Positions 55,688-63,725 of a stretch of DNA of 64,000 bases are shown here, piece by piece. Position 1 is the first letter of the stretch, and the number at the start of each line of letters is the position of its first letter. The notes beneath the pieces are model-generated. The model did no database searches. It saw only the letters and a program-made list of their open reading frames with translations, and had not been told where the DNA came from. Made by a program: the position numbers and the translations under genes. Source of the stretch: a virus; the IMG/VR virus record IMGVR_UViG_3300024289_000019, positions 1 through 64,000 of that record; one strand, given 5' to 3'.

Positions 55688-57473
55688 TTTTAATGATCTT
55701 ATTGATATCCTAGACGGAGAGGAATTTGATGAAAGACCAGTCGATTTACGAACATTCGTTACAAGCCAAGATTTCCTTGGACTCCCTGAACTTTCGGAGT
55801 ACCAGTATACACTCATTGAGAAGAGCAGCCAGATCTACAAAGAATCCACACTTATCAAACTATTTGGACAAGAAGAAGGAACCCGCAGATACAAGCAAAC
55901 TTGCAATGAAGTAATTGCACAATTGGGCAAGGGTAGTGGTAAAGATTATTGCTCAACAATATCTGTAGCGTATATAGTTTATTTACTATTATGCTTAAAA
56001 GATCCAGCAACATATTATGGAAAACCAGCTGGAGACTCAATTGATATTATTAATATTGCTATTAACGCACAGCAAGCAAACAATGTTTTCTTCAAGGGAT
56101 TTAGAACTAGAATTACTAGATGCGGGTGGTTTGCTGGGAAATATACAGAAAAAGCTTCCGAAATAAAATTTGATAAAAATGTAAATGTTTATTCTGGCCA
56201 TTCAGAGAGAGAAGCATTTGAAGGATATAACGTTATAGTTGTTGTTCTAGACGAGATAGCAGGCTTTGCGGTAGAAAATACAACTGGACACGATCAGGCT
56301 AAAACAGCAGATGCAATATATGAAATGTATAGAGGATCAGTTGACTCTCGTTTTCCAGATTATGGAAAAGTAATTCTTTTGTCTTTTCCAAGATTTAAGG
56401 GTGATCCAATTCAAAAGTTCTACGATCAAGCAATTGCTGAAAAAACTGTAACAATAAGAAAACATAAGTTTAAAATAGACCAAGACCTTCCAGATGGAAT
56501 TACTGGCAATGAATTTGAAATAGAATGGGAAGAAGACAATATAATTTCTTATAGAGTGCCTAAAGTATATGCTTTAAAAAGACCAACTTGGGAAATTAAT
56601 CCAACAAGATCTTTAGAAGATTTTAAAATTCCTTTTTACAAAAATGCTTTAGACGCACTAGGGAGATTTGCATGTATGCCGCCAGAAATGGTTGATGCAT
56701 TTTTTAAGTCTAGAGAAAAAGTAGAAAAAGCTTTCAACAAGGCACACCTTGCTGTGGATGGATTTGGAAGGATCGAAGAGTGGTTTATACCAGATCCAGA
56801 CAAAGATTATTTCATACACGTAGACCTTGCACAAAAACATGACCATTGCGCTGTTGCAATGTCTCATGTTAATAAATGGGTTAACGTAAAGGTTACAGAT
56901 AATTATTCTCAGCCAGCACCAGTAATTGAAGTTGATGCAATTAGATATTGGACGCCTACACCAGATAAGTCTGTAGATTTTACTGAGGTAAAAGATTTTA
57001 TATTGGCTTTAAAAACTCGTGGATTTAAAATTCGTGTGTGCACATTTGATAGATGGAACTCTCATGACATGATGCAACAGTTAAAAACTTATGGCATCAA
57101 TACAGAAATATTATCTGTTGCCAAAAAACATTATGACGATATGGCTATGGTAGTTTTAGAAGAAAGATTAAATGGTCCGCACATCCCTTTACTCATTGAT
57201 GAATTATTACAGTTAAAAATTATGAGAGATAAAGTTGACCATCCAAGAAAAGGTTCTAAGGACTTGGCGGATGCTGTATGTGGATCAATATTTAATTGTA
57301 TAAGCATGAGCAGATTTGACACCAATCAAGAAGTAGAAATTCACACATACGAATCAATGAATTATAAAGCTGACTTTGGAGAAGAAAAAGAGGAATCTAT
57401 TAATCTTATTAAGCCTCCAAAAGCAATGCCAAATGACTTACAAGACGCTATAGGAAGAATGATGGTTTTATGA
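55677..57473 (+). CDS. terL: terminase large subunit
   Basis: GKGSGKD Walker A, VVLDE Walker B, HVDLA..HD, TFDRW, KVDHP..GSKDLADA. Confidence 0.9.
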   Translation: MDLNFNDLIDILDGEEFDERPVDLRTFVTSQDFLGLPELSEYQYTLIEKSSQIYKESTLIKLFGQEEGTRRYKQTCNEVIAQLGKGSGKDYCSTISVAYIVYLLLCLKDPATYYGKPAGDSIDIINIAINAQQANNVFFKGFRTRITRCGWFAGKYTEKASEIKFDKNVNVYSGHSEREAFEGYNVIVVVLDEIAGFAVENTTGHDQAKTADAIYEMYRGSVDSRFPDYGKVILLSFPRFKGDPIQKFYDQAIAEKTVTIRKHKFKIDQDLPDGITGNEFEIEWEEDNIISYRVPKVYALKRPTWEINPTRSLEDFKIPFYKNALDALGRFACMPPEMVDAFFKSREKVEKAFNKAHLAVDGFGRIEEWFIPDPDKDYFIHVDLAQKHDHCAVAMSHVNKWVNVKVTDNYSQPAPVIEVDAIRYWTPTPDKSVDFTEVKDFILALKTRGFKIRVCTFDRWNSHDMMQQLKTYGINTEILSVAKKHYDDMAMVVLEERLNGPHIPLLIDELLQLKIMRDKVDHPRKGSKDLADAVCGSIFNCISMSRFDTNQEVEIHTYESMNYKADFGEEKEESINLIKPPKAMPNDLQDAIGRMMVL

Positions 57474-57721
57474 CAAATATATATCAAGAGAGAGCAAAAG
57501 AGTGTAAATGTTGTGGAAAACATGTGCCACTACCAACTGTTTTACGTGAATATAATGGAGTAATGATGTGCCCAACTACCTATGCAAACGTTTTGGAGTA
57601 TACTAGGATATGGAAGCAAATAGGTTCTAGACCAGCTGGGAGTATTAGAAAACATTTTTCTGAATATGTCCAACAAGTTGTTGAAACAACTATTGACATA
57701 TCTGATCAGACAAAGATATAA
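57470..57721 (+). CDS. hypothetical Cys-containing protein
   Basis: CKCCG...CPT; ATGA-coupled. Confidence 0.55.
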   Translation: MTNIYQERAKECKCCGKHVPLPTVLREYNGVMMCPTTYANVLEYTRIWKQIGSRPAGSIRKHFSEYVQQVVETTIDISDQTKI

Positions 57722-57722
57722 T
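57693..57722 (+). promoter_or_regulatory. promoter for the CAT-anticodon tRNA
   Basis: TTGACA-18-TATAAT with TCTGATCAGA palindrome in the spacer. Confidence 0.6.
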
Positions 57723-57730
57723 ATTCCAAC

Positions 57731-57804
57731 GTGGCAGTAGCTTAGTTGGTTAGAGCCCCGAACTCATAATTCGGTAGTCGTAGGTTCGAGTCCTACCTGC
57801 CGCA
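57731..57804 (+). tRNA. tRNA with CAT anticodon (elongator Met or Ile2)
   Basis: acceptor GTGGCAG/CTGCCGC, anticodon arm CCGAA-CTCATAA-TTCGG, GTTCGAG T-loop; no encoded CCA. Confidence 0.9.
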
Positions 57805-57817
57805 CAAGGAGAAAGAA

Positions 57818-58126
57818 GTGGAAAACATGAATAACATGGAACACTATATTGAAATAGGCGCTATTGAAATAGAGGGCGTTGATGAAACTGGTGAATTAGT
57901 TCTTTCAATTAGTGAAAGGGCAAAAGATATTGCTCCAGAACTATGGGCTGCTCATGTTCAACATATTGACGAAACTCTTCTTGAGCTGTATAAGTCTGGT
58001 TACATGGATGTAGAATACGATGAAGATCTTGAACCAAACTTTAAATTAAGTGATGAAGGAATAAAAATTGCAAAAGAAATGGGGTTAATTCCTATGGATA
58101 AACAAAGGAATATCCCAAATAATTAG
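57818..58126 (+). CDS. hypothetical acidic protein
   Basis: 102 aa; AGGAG RBS. Confidence 0.6.
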   Translation: MENMNNMEHYIEIGAIEIEGVDETGELVLSISERAKDIAPELWAAHVQHIDETLLELYKSGYMDVEYDEDLEPNFKLSDEGIKIAKEMGLIPMDKQRNIPNN

Positions 58127-58134
58127 GAGGAATT

Positions 58135-58380
58135 ATGCCTTGGAAAGTTGAAAAAGGTGCAGCAGGTTGTAATGGGTATGCAGTAGTAAAAGAAGATACT
58201 GGTGAGCTTGTTGGGTGTCATCCAACAAAAACAGCAGCAACAGCACATCTAAAAGCTTTATATGCAAATGAGGTAGAAAAGGCAAACCCTTGTTGGGACG
58301 GGTATGAAATGATTGGGTGGAAAACCCAAAATGGAAAAAGAGTTCCAAACTGTGTAAAAACAAAAAAAGTTTTTTCATAA
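58135..58380 (+). CDS. small two-module phage protein
   Basis: GCHPTKTAA..HL.ALYANE module plus PCWDGYEMIG.K..NGKRVPNCV module; AGGAGG RBS. Confidence 0.65.
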   Translation: MPWKVEKGAAGCNGYAVVKEDTGELVGCHPTKTAATAHLKALYANEVEKANPCWDGYEMIGWKTQNGKRVPNCVKTKKVFS

Positions 58381-58388
58381 TTGATTTA

Positions 58389-58489
58389 GTAATATAATTA
58401 TCCTGTAGGCGCTAACCCCCCTACGCATTCGGGCTCGCTACCTTGGGATGATTATGGTTACGTAAAGGCTAACTTCGGTTAGCCTTTAC
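58389..58489 (+). ncRNA. putative structured ncRNA or tRNA leader
   Basis: about 16-bp outer stem 58389-58404/58445-58461 with G-U pairs, inner GTAGG/CCTAC hairpin with a C-rich loop, then a 12-bp C(UUCG)G hairpin at 58462-58489. Confidence 0.45.
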
Positions 58490-58493
58490 TTAT

Positions 58494-58566
58494 GCCCTTG
58501 TAGCTCAGTGGATAGAGCGAGACTCTTCTAAGGTCTGCGTCGGAGGTTCGATTCCTTTCAGGGGCG
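58494..58566 (+). tRNA. tRNA-Arg (TCT)
   Basis: acceptor GCCCTTG/CAGGGGC, anticodon arm AGACT-CTTCTAA-GGTCT, GTTCGAT T-loop. Confidence 0.9.
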
Positions 58567-58585
58567 CTTTTTGGTATAATAGCTT

Positions 58586-58640
58586 TGGATCGCCATTAGG
58601 GGTCCATTAATTAACTTATTCGCTTAAAAGGAGGAATAAA
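58586..58640 (+). promoter_or_regulatory. ROSE-like RNA thermometer in the Hsp20 5' UTR
   Basis: TTATTC-G-CTT pairs with GAG-GAATAA across the SD with a bulged G (UYGCU motif); 5' hairpin TGGATC/GGTCCA; promoter TGGTATAAT at 58572-58580. Confidence 0.6.
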
Positions 58641-59066
58641 ATGGTAACACAATTCGCAATGGATTTTTTTAATGATCCATTTTTTATCGGGTTCAATCGT
58701 GATTTTGACAAATTGTCAAGAATTCACACCCATGCAGCAGGAACAAATTATCCACCATACAATGTAATCACAACAGACAATGAAGATAAATTCTTTATTG
58801 AAATTGCGGTTGCTGGATTTTCAAGAGAAGACCTTGATGTATCTGTAAAAGAACAGGTATTGACCGTAAAGGGAGAAATCAAGGATTCTAAAGAAGAGAC
58901 AAAGTATGCTCACCGTGGAATTGCAGCACGTAAGTTTGTTCGTGAATTTGCCCTAGGTGAATTTATTGAAGTAACTGGTGCTACAGCGGAAAACGGAATG
59001 CTAAAAATTTCGTTGGAACGTATTGTTCCTGAAGACAAAAAGCCAAAATCAATTAGAATCAAGTAA
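58641..59066 (+). CDS. small heat shock protein (Hsp20/IbpA family)
   Basis: NYPPYN, IEIAVAGF, HRGIAARKF.REF.L, A..ENGML.I.L. Confidence 0.92.
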   Translation: MVTQFAMDFFNDPFFIGFNRDFDKLSRIHTHAAGTNYPPYNVITTDNEDKFFIEIAVAGFSREDLDVSVKEQVLTVKGEIKDSKEETKYAHRGIAARKFVREFALGEFIEVTGATAENGMLKISLERIVPEDKKPKSIRIK

Positions 59067-59107
59067 TAGGTCTAGACAGACCTATTTGTTTGAGGTATAA
59101 TTATATT

Positions 59108-59164
59108 GTGTACCGCCTAAGTTGCGGACATAAGGGCCCTGGGCATGGCCAAGTAAACTGCCCA
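59108..59164 (+). ncRNA. 5' leader with a hairpin and a compact H-type pseudoknot
   Basis: TGT-A-CCGC/GCGG-ACA hairpin; S1 GGCC 59135-38/59147-50 and S2 TGGGCA 59140-45/TGCCCA 59159-64; promoter TAGACA-17-TATAAT at 59073-59101. Confidence 0.45.
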
Positions 59165-59181
59165 TTTTATAATGGAGAGCC

Positions 59182-59916
59182 ATGGAGATTATTGATTTAG
59201 AGCAACCAAATGTATTAATCATTAAAAATTTCTTTTCTAAAGAAGAAGTTGAAAAAGTTTTAATTCCAATGAAAGAAACTTCTGAAGAAATTTGGAATCT
59301 TCAGGGTGAAGCCAAAAAAGAAGATTCTACTAGAATTAAAAGAATGTCAGAAAGACTTATTGAATCTGATAACATGAATTGGTATGGAATGACTATGGAT
59401 ATTACAAGTCGTGTTGATGCCTATAGAATGTATTCACATCTCCCACATGCTTTTTTAATAGAAAAAGAGCAACAAATAAAAAAAATAATAACAAATAAAT
59501 TTAAACAAAATGTTGTTTTACAGCTCTCTGGTCTTCATAGGTGGAGGCCAGGAAGAGAGCAAAAGCCTCATATAGATTATTATGATTCTAGTGAACAGCA
59601 TGATTTTGATATGTTAGAAAAATATAATCTGACAAAAGATCGTTTAGAAGAATTTGAGCATTCTTTTAATGACAAACATTATTCTTCATTAGTTTATTTT
59701 AATGAAGATTATATGGGTGGAGAACTATATATGCCTCAATGGGATTGGGAAATAAAACCTGAGACAGGTATGTTAATTGCTTTTGAGGGAAATCAAAATC
59801 ATTTACACGGAGTAAAGATGATGGAAGAAGGAATAAGATATACTTGGTCTATTTTTTGGACAAGATTTGAGTGGGCTATGAAAAACAAAATTAAAGATAG
59901 TAAAGTGAGCATGTAA
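59182..59916 (+). CDS. 2OG-Fe(II) oxygenase (prolyl-4-hydroxylase-like)
   Basis: PHID, YFNEDYMGGEL, IKPETG, HGV, RYT. Confidence 0.85.
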   Translation: MEIIDLEQPNVLIIKNFFSKEEVEKVLIPMKETSEEIWNLQGEAKKEDSTRIKRMSERLIESDNMNWYGMTMDITSRVDAYRMYSHLPHAFLIEKEQQIKKIITNKFKQNVVLQLSGLHRWRPGREQKPHIDYYDSSEQHDFDMLEKYNLTKDRLEEFEHSFNDKHYSSLVYFNEDYMGGELYMPQWDWEIKPETGMLIAFEGNQNHLHGVKMMEEGIRYTWSIFWTRFEWAMKNKIKDSKVSM

Positions 59917-59920
59917 TCTT

Positions 59921-60103
59921 ATGCCTATTTATGAATACAAATGTATTATTTGTGAACATATCAAAGAAATAAACAAATCAATTGATGAAGCAACAATGAC
60001 AGAGATTTGTGAAAAATGTGGTGCCGCAATGGTTAAGCAATATGGATCTTTTGGTATTCAGTTCAAAGGTTCTGGTTTCTATAAAACAGATAACGCTAAG
60101 TAG
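59921..60103 (+). CDS. FmdB-family zinc-ribbon protein
   Basis: MPIYEYKC..C...CEKCG...FKGSGFYKTD. Confidence 0.85.
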   Translation: MPIYEYKCIICEHIKEINKSIDEATMTEICEKCGAAMVKQYGSFGIQFKGSGFYKTDNAK

Positions 60104-60153
60104 TCCAATGATATAATTAATTAAGCAAACATAGTTTGCTTAGGAGATTATAG

Positions 60154-62115
60154 TTGACTAGAACTAAGTTATGGAGATTATCTTTAGCCGCCATTTTAGG
60201 ATTTGGTTGGCTATTTCTCACACCCGCTTCTTATAGCGACGATCCACTTGGAACTGCCGCTCAGCAGATAGATCAACTTGAGGTGGATGTTCAAAAACTC
60301 AATGATAAGGTTTCAACACAGGCTAAGATAGATATAGCCAATTCAAAATATGATTCCGCCGTTGCTGCAAAGTCTGACATGGATTCTAAACAGGCAATTA
60401 AAGCAACGAAACAAACTGAATATGATAACGCAGTTTCTGCATTAGCAACAGCATTATCAGAAAAAAATGCAGCACAATCGGCAGTAGATGGACAAACTGT
60501 TGTAGTTGCTACAGCAAATACTAATAAGCAAAATAAAAAAGATACCTTAGATGCTGCTAACATAAATTTACAAACTCAAGCATCTGGCAATAGCTCACAA
60601 ACAAATACGCTAGATGCTTATTTATACGACTGTTACACTTGGTATAACAAATATAATTCTGCACCAGATCTTGAATGTCCAGATGGAAGAGGTGGCGGAA
60701 ATGCTATAGCAATGGGTCCTTGGTCAGGTATTAATTTTAATTTTGGTAGTGGTGGTCCAGCAGGGTTGTACGATGACTATCAAATTAAATGGGTAGGATA
60801 TATTAAAACTACACAGCATTGGACTCCACAATTTAGATTATGTTCTGATGATGGAATGATATTAAAAATTAGTGGACTTACTGTTGTTAATAATTGGTAT
60901 GATCGTGGTGGTCAATGTGGAGCGTCAAACGGATACTATATGGCATCAAATGGGTGGGAGCCTATAGAAGTATGGTGGTATGAAAATGGTGGAGGAGCCA
61001 ATGGAAGCCTACAATGGAATATAGGTAATGGATGGACAGTTATTCCTGCTAATGTATTTTCAATTACATTACCACAAAATAGTCCAGAATATGAAGCAGC
61101 GTTAGCTGCACAAATTACTGCACAACAAGAGTATGCCGCTGCTCTTGCTACATATAATACTGAAAATGATAAATTAACTCAATATAATCAAACTCTTTCT
61201 AGTAAAACAACTGCATATAATACTGCTGTTACAGATAAAAATACTGCACAGACTTCTTTGGCTACTGCTACAACAAATTATAATAATTCAGTAACTACAT
61301 ATAATACGTCAATTACTGAATTAAATACTGCAATTACTGATGCACAAAATGAATATAATAGTCAATGGAATTTAGAAGAGCAGCAGAGAATTCAAGCAGC
61401 TATTGCACAGGCTTTAGCAAATCAACCACAGCCTACTCCAGAGCCAACTACTGAATCTACTCCAGAGCCATCGCCTGAGCAAACAACACCAGTCGATCCC
61501 ACTCCAACTCCAGATTCTGAAACCACAGATGAACCGAAGCCAGATATAACTGCTGATCCTGAGCCCACTGTTGAGCCTTCACCAGAACCTTCACCTCTGC
61601 CATCGGATATAAATCCAGATCCAACTCCTGAACCAGAGCCAACTCCTGCTGAACCTTCTTCAAAACCATCTGCTAATACTATCACAGAAGAGACAGCAAA
61701 TCTAATTGCAGATTTAACAAGTAAAGATACATTAACTAAATTAACTCCAGAACAAAAGCAGGCGGTAGCACAGGGTCTTGGAATTAAAACAGAAGAATTA
61801 GCAAAGGTAGCAGCATTGGCAGCTACTGATAAAAATTTAGCAACAGCCTTACAAGAATTTGGCGATAGAATTAAAGAAAATACTAATGCTCCTATGCCAT
61901 ATACATTAGCAGATGCAACAACAGAGGTTGCCACAGAAGCATTTTTATCAGACCCAATTGGAGCCATTACAGATATTGATTTTAAAAAATTACTTAGCCC
62001 ATCAGAATGGGGTAAGGATATGACAGATGACCAAAGAGAAAAAGCGCAGGAAGTAATTGTTCCTGTAGTTATTGCAGCAAATATTGTGGCAGCAGCCATG
62101 ACAAGGAGGATATAA
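60154..62115 (+). CDS. secreted/membrane-anchored PA14-domain protein with coiled coils and a Pro-rich stalk
   Basis: signal peptide; INFNFGSGG, SDDG, WYENGGGA (PA14); PTPEP repeats; hydrophobic C-terminus. Confidence 0.75.
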   Translation: MTRTKLWRLSLAAILGFGWLFLTPASYSDDPLGTAAQQIDQLEVDVQKLNDKVSTQAKIDIANSKYDSAVAAKSDMDSKQAIKATKQTEYDNAVSALATALSEKNAAQSAVDGQTVVVATANTNKQNKKDTLDAANINLQTQASGNSSQTNTLDAYLYDCYTWYNKYNSAPDLECPDGRGGGNAIAMGPWSGINFNFGSGGPAGLYDDYQIKWVGYIKTTQHWTPQFRLCSDDGMILKISGLTVVNNWYDRGGQCGASNGYYMASNGWEPIEVWWYENGGGANGSLQWNIGNGWTVIPANVFSITLPQNSPEYEAALAAQITAQQEYAAALATYNTENDKLTQYNQTLSSKTTAYNTAVTDKNTAQTSLATATTNYNNSVTTYNTSITELNTAITDAQNEYNSQWNLEEQQRIQAAIAQALANQPQPTPEPTTESTPEPSPEQTTPVDPTPTPDSETTDEPKPDITADPEPTVEPSPEPSPLPSDINPDPTPEPEPTPAEPSSKPSANTITEETANLIADLTSKDTLTKLTPEQKQAVAQGLGIKTEELAKVAALAATDKNLATALQEFGDRIKENTNAPMPYTLADATTEVATEAFLSDPIGAITDIDFKKLLSPSEWGKDMTDDQREKAQEVIVPVVIAANIVAAAMTRRI

Positions 62116-62312
62116 TGAAAATAATTAAAGGTTTCTTTAATTGGATATGGGAAGCGATCAAGGAAAGTATAGCCCAGCTATGGACCCTCCTCGGATTTTT
62201 CATAGCCTGGTTGACCCTTACAGGGACAGCACAGGATGTAGTGGGCCTAGCAACAGTGATAGTTACTGTAATTTGGCTAATAACCATCCCTTTAAGAAAA
62301 AATGAGGAATAA
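62115..62312 (+). CDS. small two-TM membrane protein
   Basis: WTLLGFFIAWLTL.G.A..VVG; TAATG coupling. Confidence 0.65.
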   Translation: MKIIKGFFNWIWEAIKESIAQLWTLLGFFIAWLTLTGTAQDVVGLATVIVTVIWLITIPLRKNEE

Positions 62313-62326
62313 GGTATAATAGTGGT

Positions 62327-62545
62327 ATGAAAAGAATAATTGCTATTGCTTTATCAGGTCTATTAATGCTATCATTAAGTAGCTGTGGCTTTCAGGGTTC
62401 ATACAGATACCCATGCCAAGACCCTGCGAATTGGGAGAAGGCGGAATGCAATCCTCCAATTTGTGAAGCAACAGGAACATGCACTAAAGATATAATTGGT
62501 AAAGCATCAACTACTACTACTGAAACAGGTACAACAAATGGCTAG
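62327..62545 (+). CDS. small Cys-rich lipoprotein
   Basis: lipobox LSSC; YRYPCQDP.NW...ECNPPICEATGTC. Confidence 0.7.
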   Translation: MKRIIAIALSGLLMLSLSSCGFQGSYRYPCQDPANWEKAECNPPICEATGTCTKDIIGKASTTTTETGTTNG

Positions 62546-62978
62546 AGAAAGATTAAGTCCACAGGATTTGGACGCTAGATTAAAATTTATTTTAGGAATT
62601 ACATTAGGGTCTATTCTATTCCTTACAGCAGTAGGAATTTTATACGGACTTTTGTTTGTAACGCAACCAATCGGAGCACAGTCAGAAAATGATAAAATGT
62701 TTTTTAATGTGCTTGGATCTGTAGCAACTTTTATTACAGGAACGTTGGCTGGCCTACTAATTGGTCAATCAGGTGCTAAAGATATTATGAAAGCACAACT
62801 TGATAATAAAGAAATGGATGCTAAAAATACCCAAGCAGATAAAAAGCTTGAATCAGAATTATCAATTAATGAATTAAAGGCTGATGTAGAAGCAGACGCA
62901 GTTCGTGCTCGTCTTGCAGCAAAACCTGATGGTGCAATGCCAGCAGAGCAACCAGTTGATACAGAATGGGATAAATAA
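62538..62978 (+). CDS. two-TM holin-like membrane protein
   Basis: two TM helices; directly upstream of the endolysin. Confidence 0.5.
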   Translation: MARERLSPQDLDARLKFILGITLGSILFLTAVGILYGLLFVTQPIGAQSENDKMFFNVLGSVATFITGTLAGLLIGQSGAKDIMKAQLDNKEMDAKNTQADKKLESELSINELKADVEADAVRARLAAKPDGAMPAEQPVDTEWDK

Positions 62979-62980
62979 TT

Positions 62981-63571
62981 ATGACAGATTTTCCAGTCCC
63001 AGCAGAAACATCTAAAGCGCCAGCAGGTACTGCTGCACGTTTAATCCAAGTTGCTAAATCCCAGGTAGGTTATATCGAGGGACCAAAAGACAACGAGACA
63101 AAATATGGAGCGTACACCAAGGCAAATTTCCAACCTTGGTGTGGAAGTTTTGTAATGTGGTGTGCAAACGAAGCAGGCGTCAAAGTTCCAAATACAGTTT
63201 ATACTCCAGGTGGTGCAGCGGCATTTAAAAAAGCTGGATCTTGGATTGACGGAGACATTGCTGATCCTGAGCCAGGAGATATTGCCTATTTTGATTTTCC
63301 CTCAGATGGCGTTGATCGTATATCTCATGTCGGAATTGTTATTGAAGATAATGAAGACGGGACCGTTTGGTGTGTTGAAGGAAATACTACTGGAGACGGT
63401 AAAAAAGGAAGTCAAAGGAATGGCGGAGAAGCCTGCAAAAAATTACGTGCATATAAGAAAAATAAGAAAAATGTACAAGTTTCAATTGTAGGTTTTGGAA
63501 GGCCAAAATTTAAATCTGGATTATCAACAACTAATGCATCTGGGGCAAAATGCCCTACTTGTGGAAAGTAA
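62981..63571 (+). CDS. CHAP-domain endolysin
   Basis: A.SQVGY.EG, PWCGSFVMW, PGDI..F, HVGIV, EGNT, GFGRP. Confidence 0.85.
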   Translation: MTDFPVPAETSKAPAGTAARLIQVAKSQVGYIEGPKDNETKYGAYTKANFQPWCGSFVMWCANEAGVKVPNTVYTPGGAAAFKKAGSWIDGDIADPEPGDIAYFDFPSDGVDRISHVGIVIEDNEDGTVWCVEGNTTGDGKKGSQRNGGEACKKLRAYKKNKKNVQVSIVGFGRPKFKSGLSTTNASGAKCPTCGK

Positions 63572-63584
63572 TATAAAAATAGTA

Positions 63585-63630
63585 TTGACAATGCCCTGTG
63601 GGAATATGTATAATGTATACCACAGGGTTT
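63585..63630 (+). promoter_or_regulatory. promoter for tRNA-Asn inside a terminator-like inverted repeat
   Basis: TTGACA-18-TATAAT; CCCTGTGG...CCACAGGG flanks the -10. Confidence 0.6.
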
Positions 63631-63636
63631 CCCCTT

Positions 63637-63709
63637 TGATCCATAGCTCAGTCGGCAGAGCGGGAAGCTGTTAACTTCTAGGTCCCTGGTTCGAGTCCAG
63701 GTGGATCAG
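63637..63709 (+). tRNA. tRNA-Asn (GTT)
   Basis: acceptor TGATCCA/TGGATCA, anticodon arm GGAAG-CTGTTAA-CTTCT, GTTCGAG T-loop. Confidence 0.9.
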
Positions 63710-63725
63710 CGAGAGAAAGAAAAAA

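Noticed and set aside
46697-57473. Inteins or introns in DnaE, RecA or terminase
   Set aside because: Lengths are normal, ORFs are continuous, and no splicing motifs are evident
58389-58489. tRNA-associated theta/HDV-like ribozyme
   Set aside because: The element lies 5' of the tRNA and I could not fit the nested double-pseudoknot; kept only as an unassigned structured RNA
61422-62099. 225-aa antisense ORF
   Set aside because: Mirror of the Pro/Thr/Glu-rich stalk
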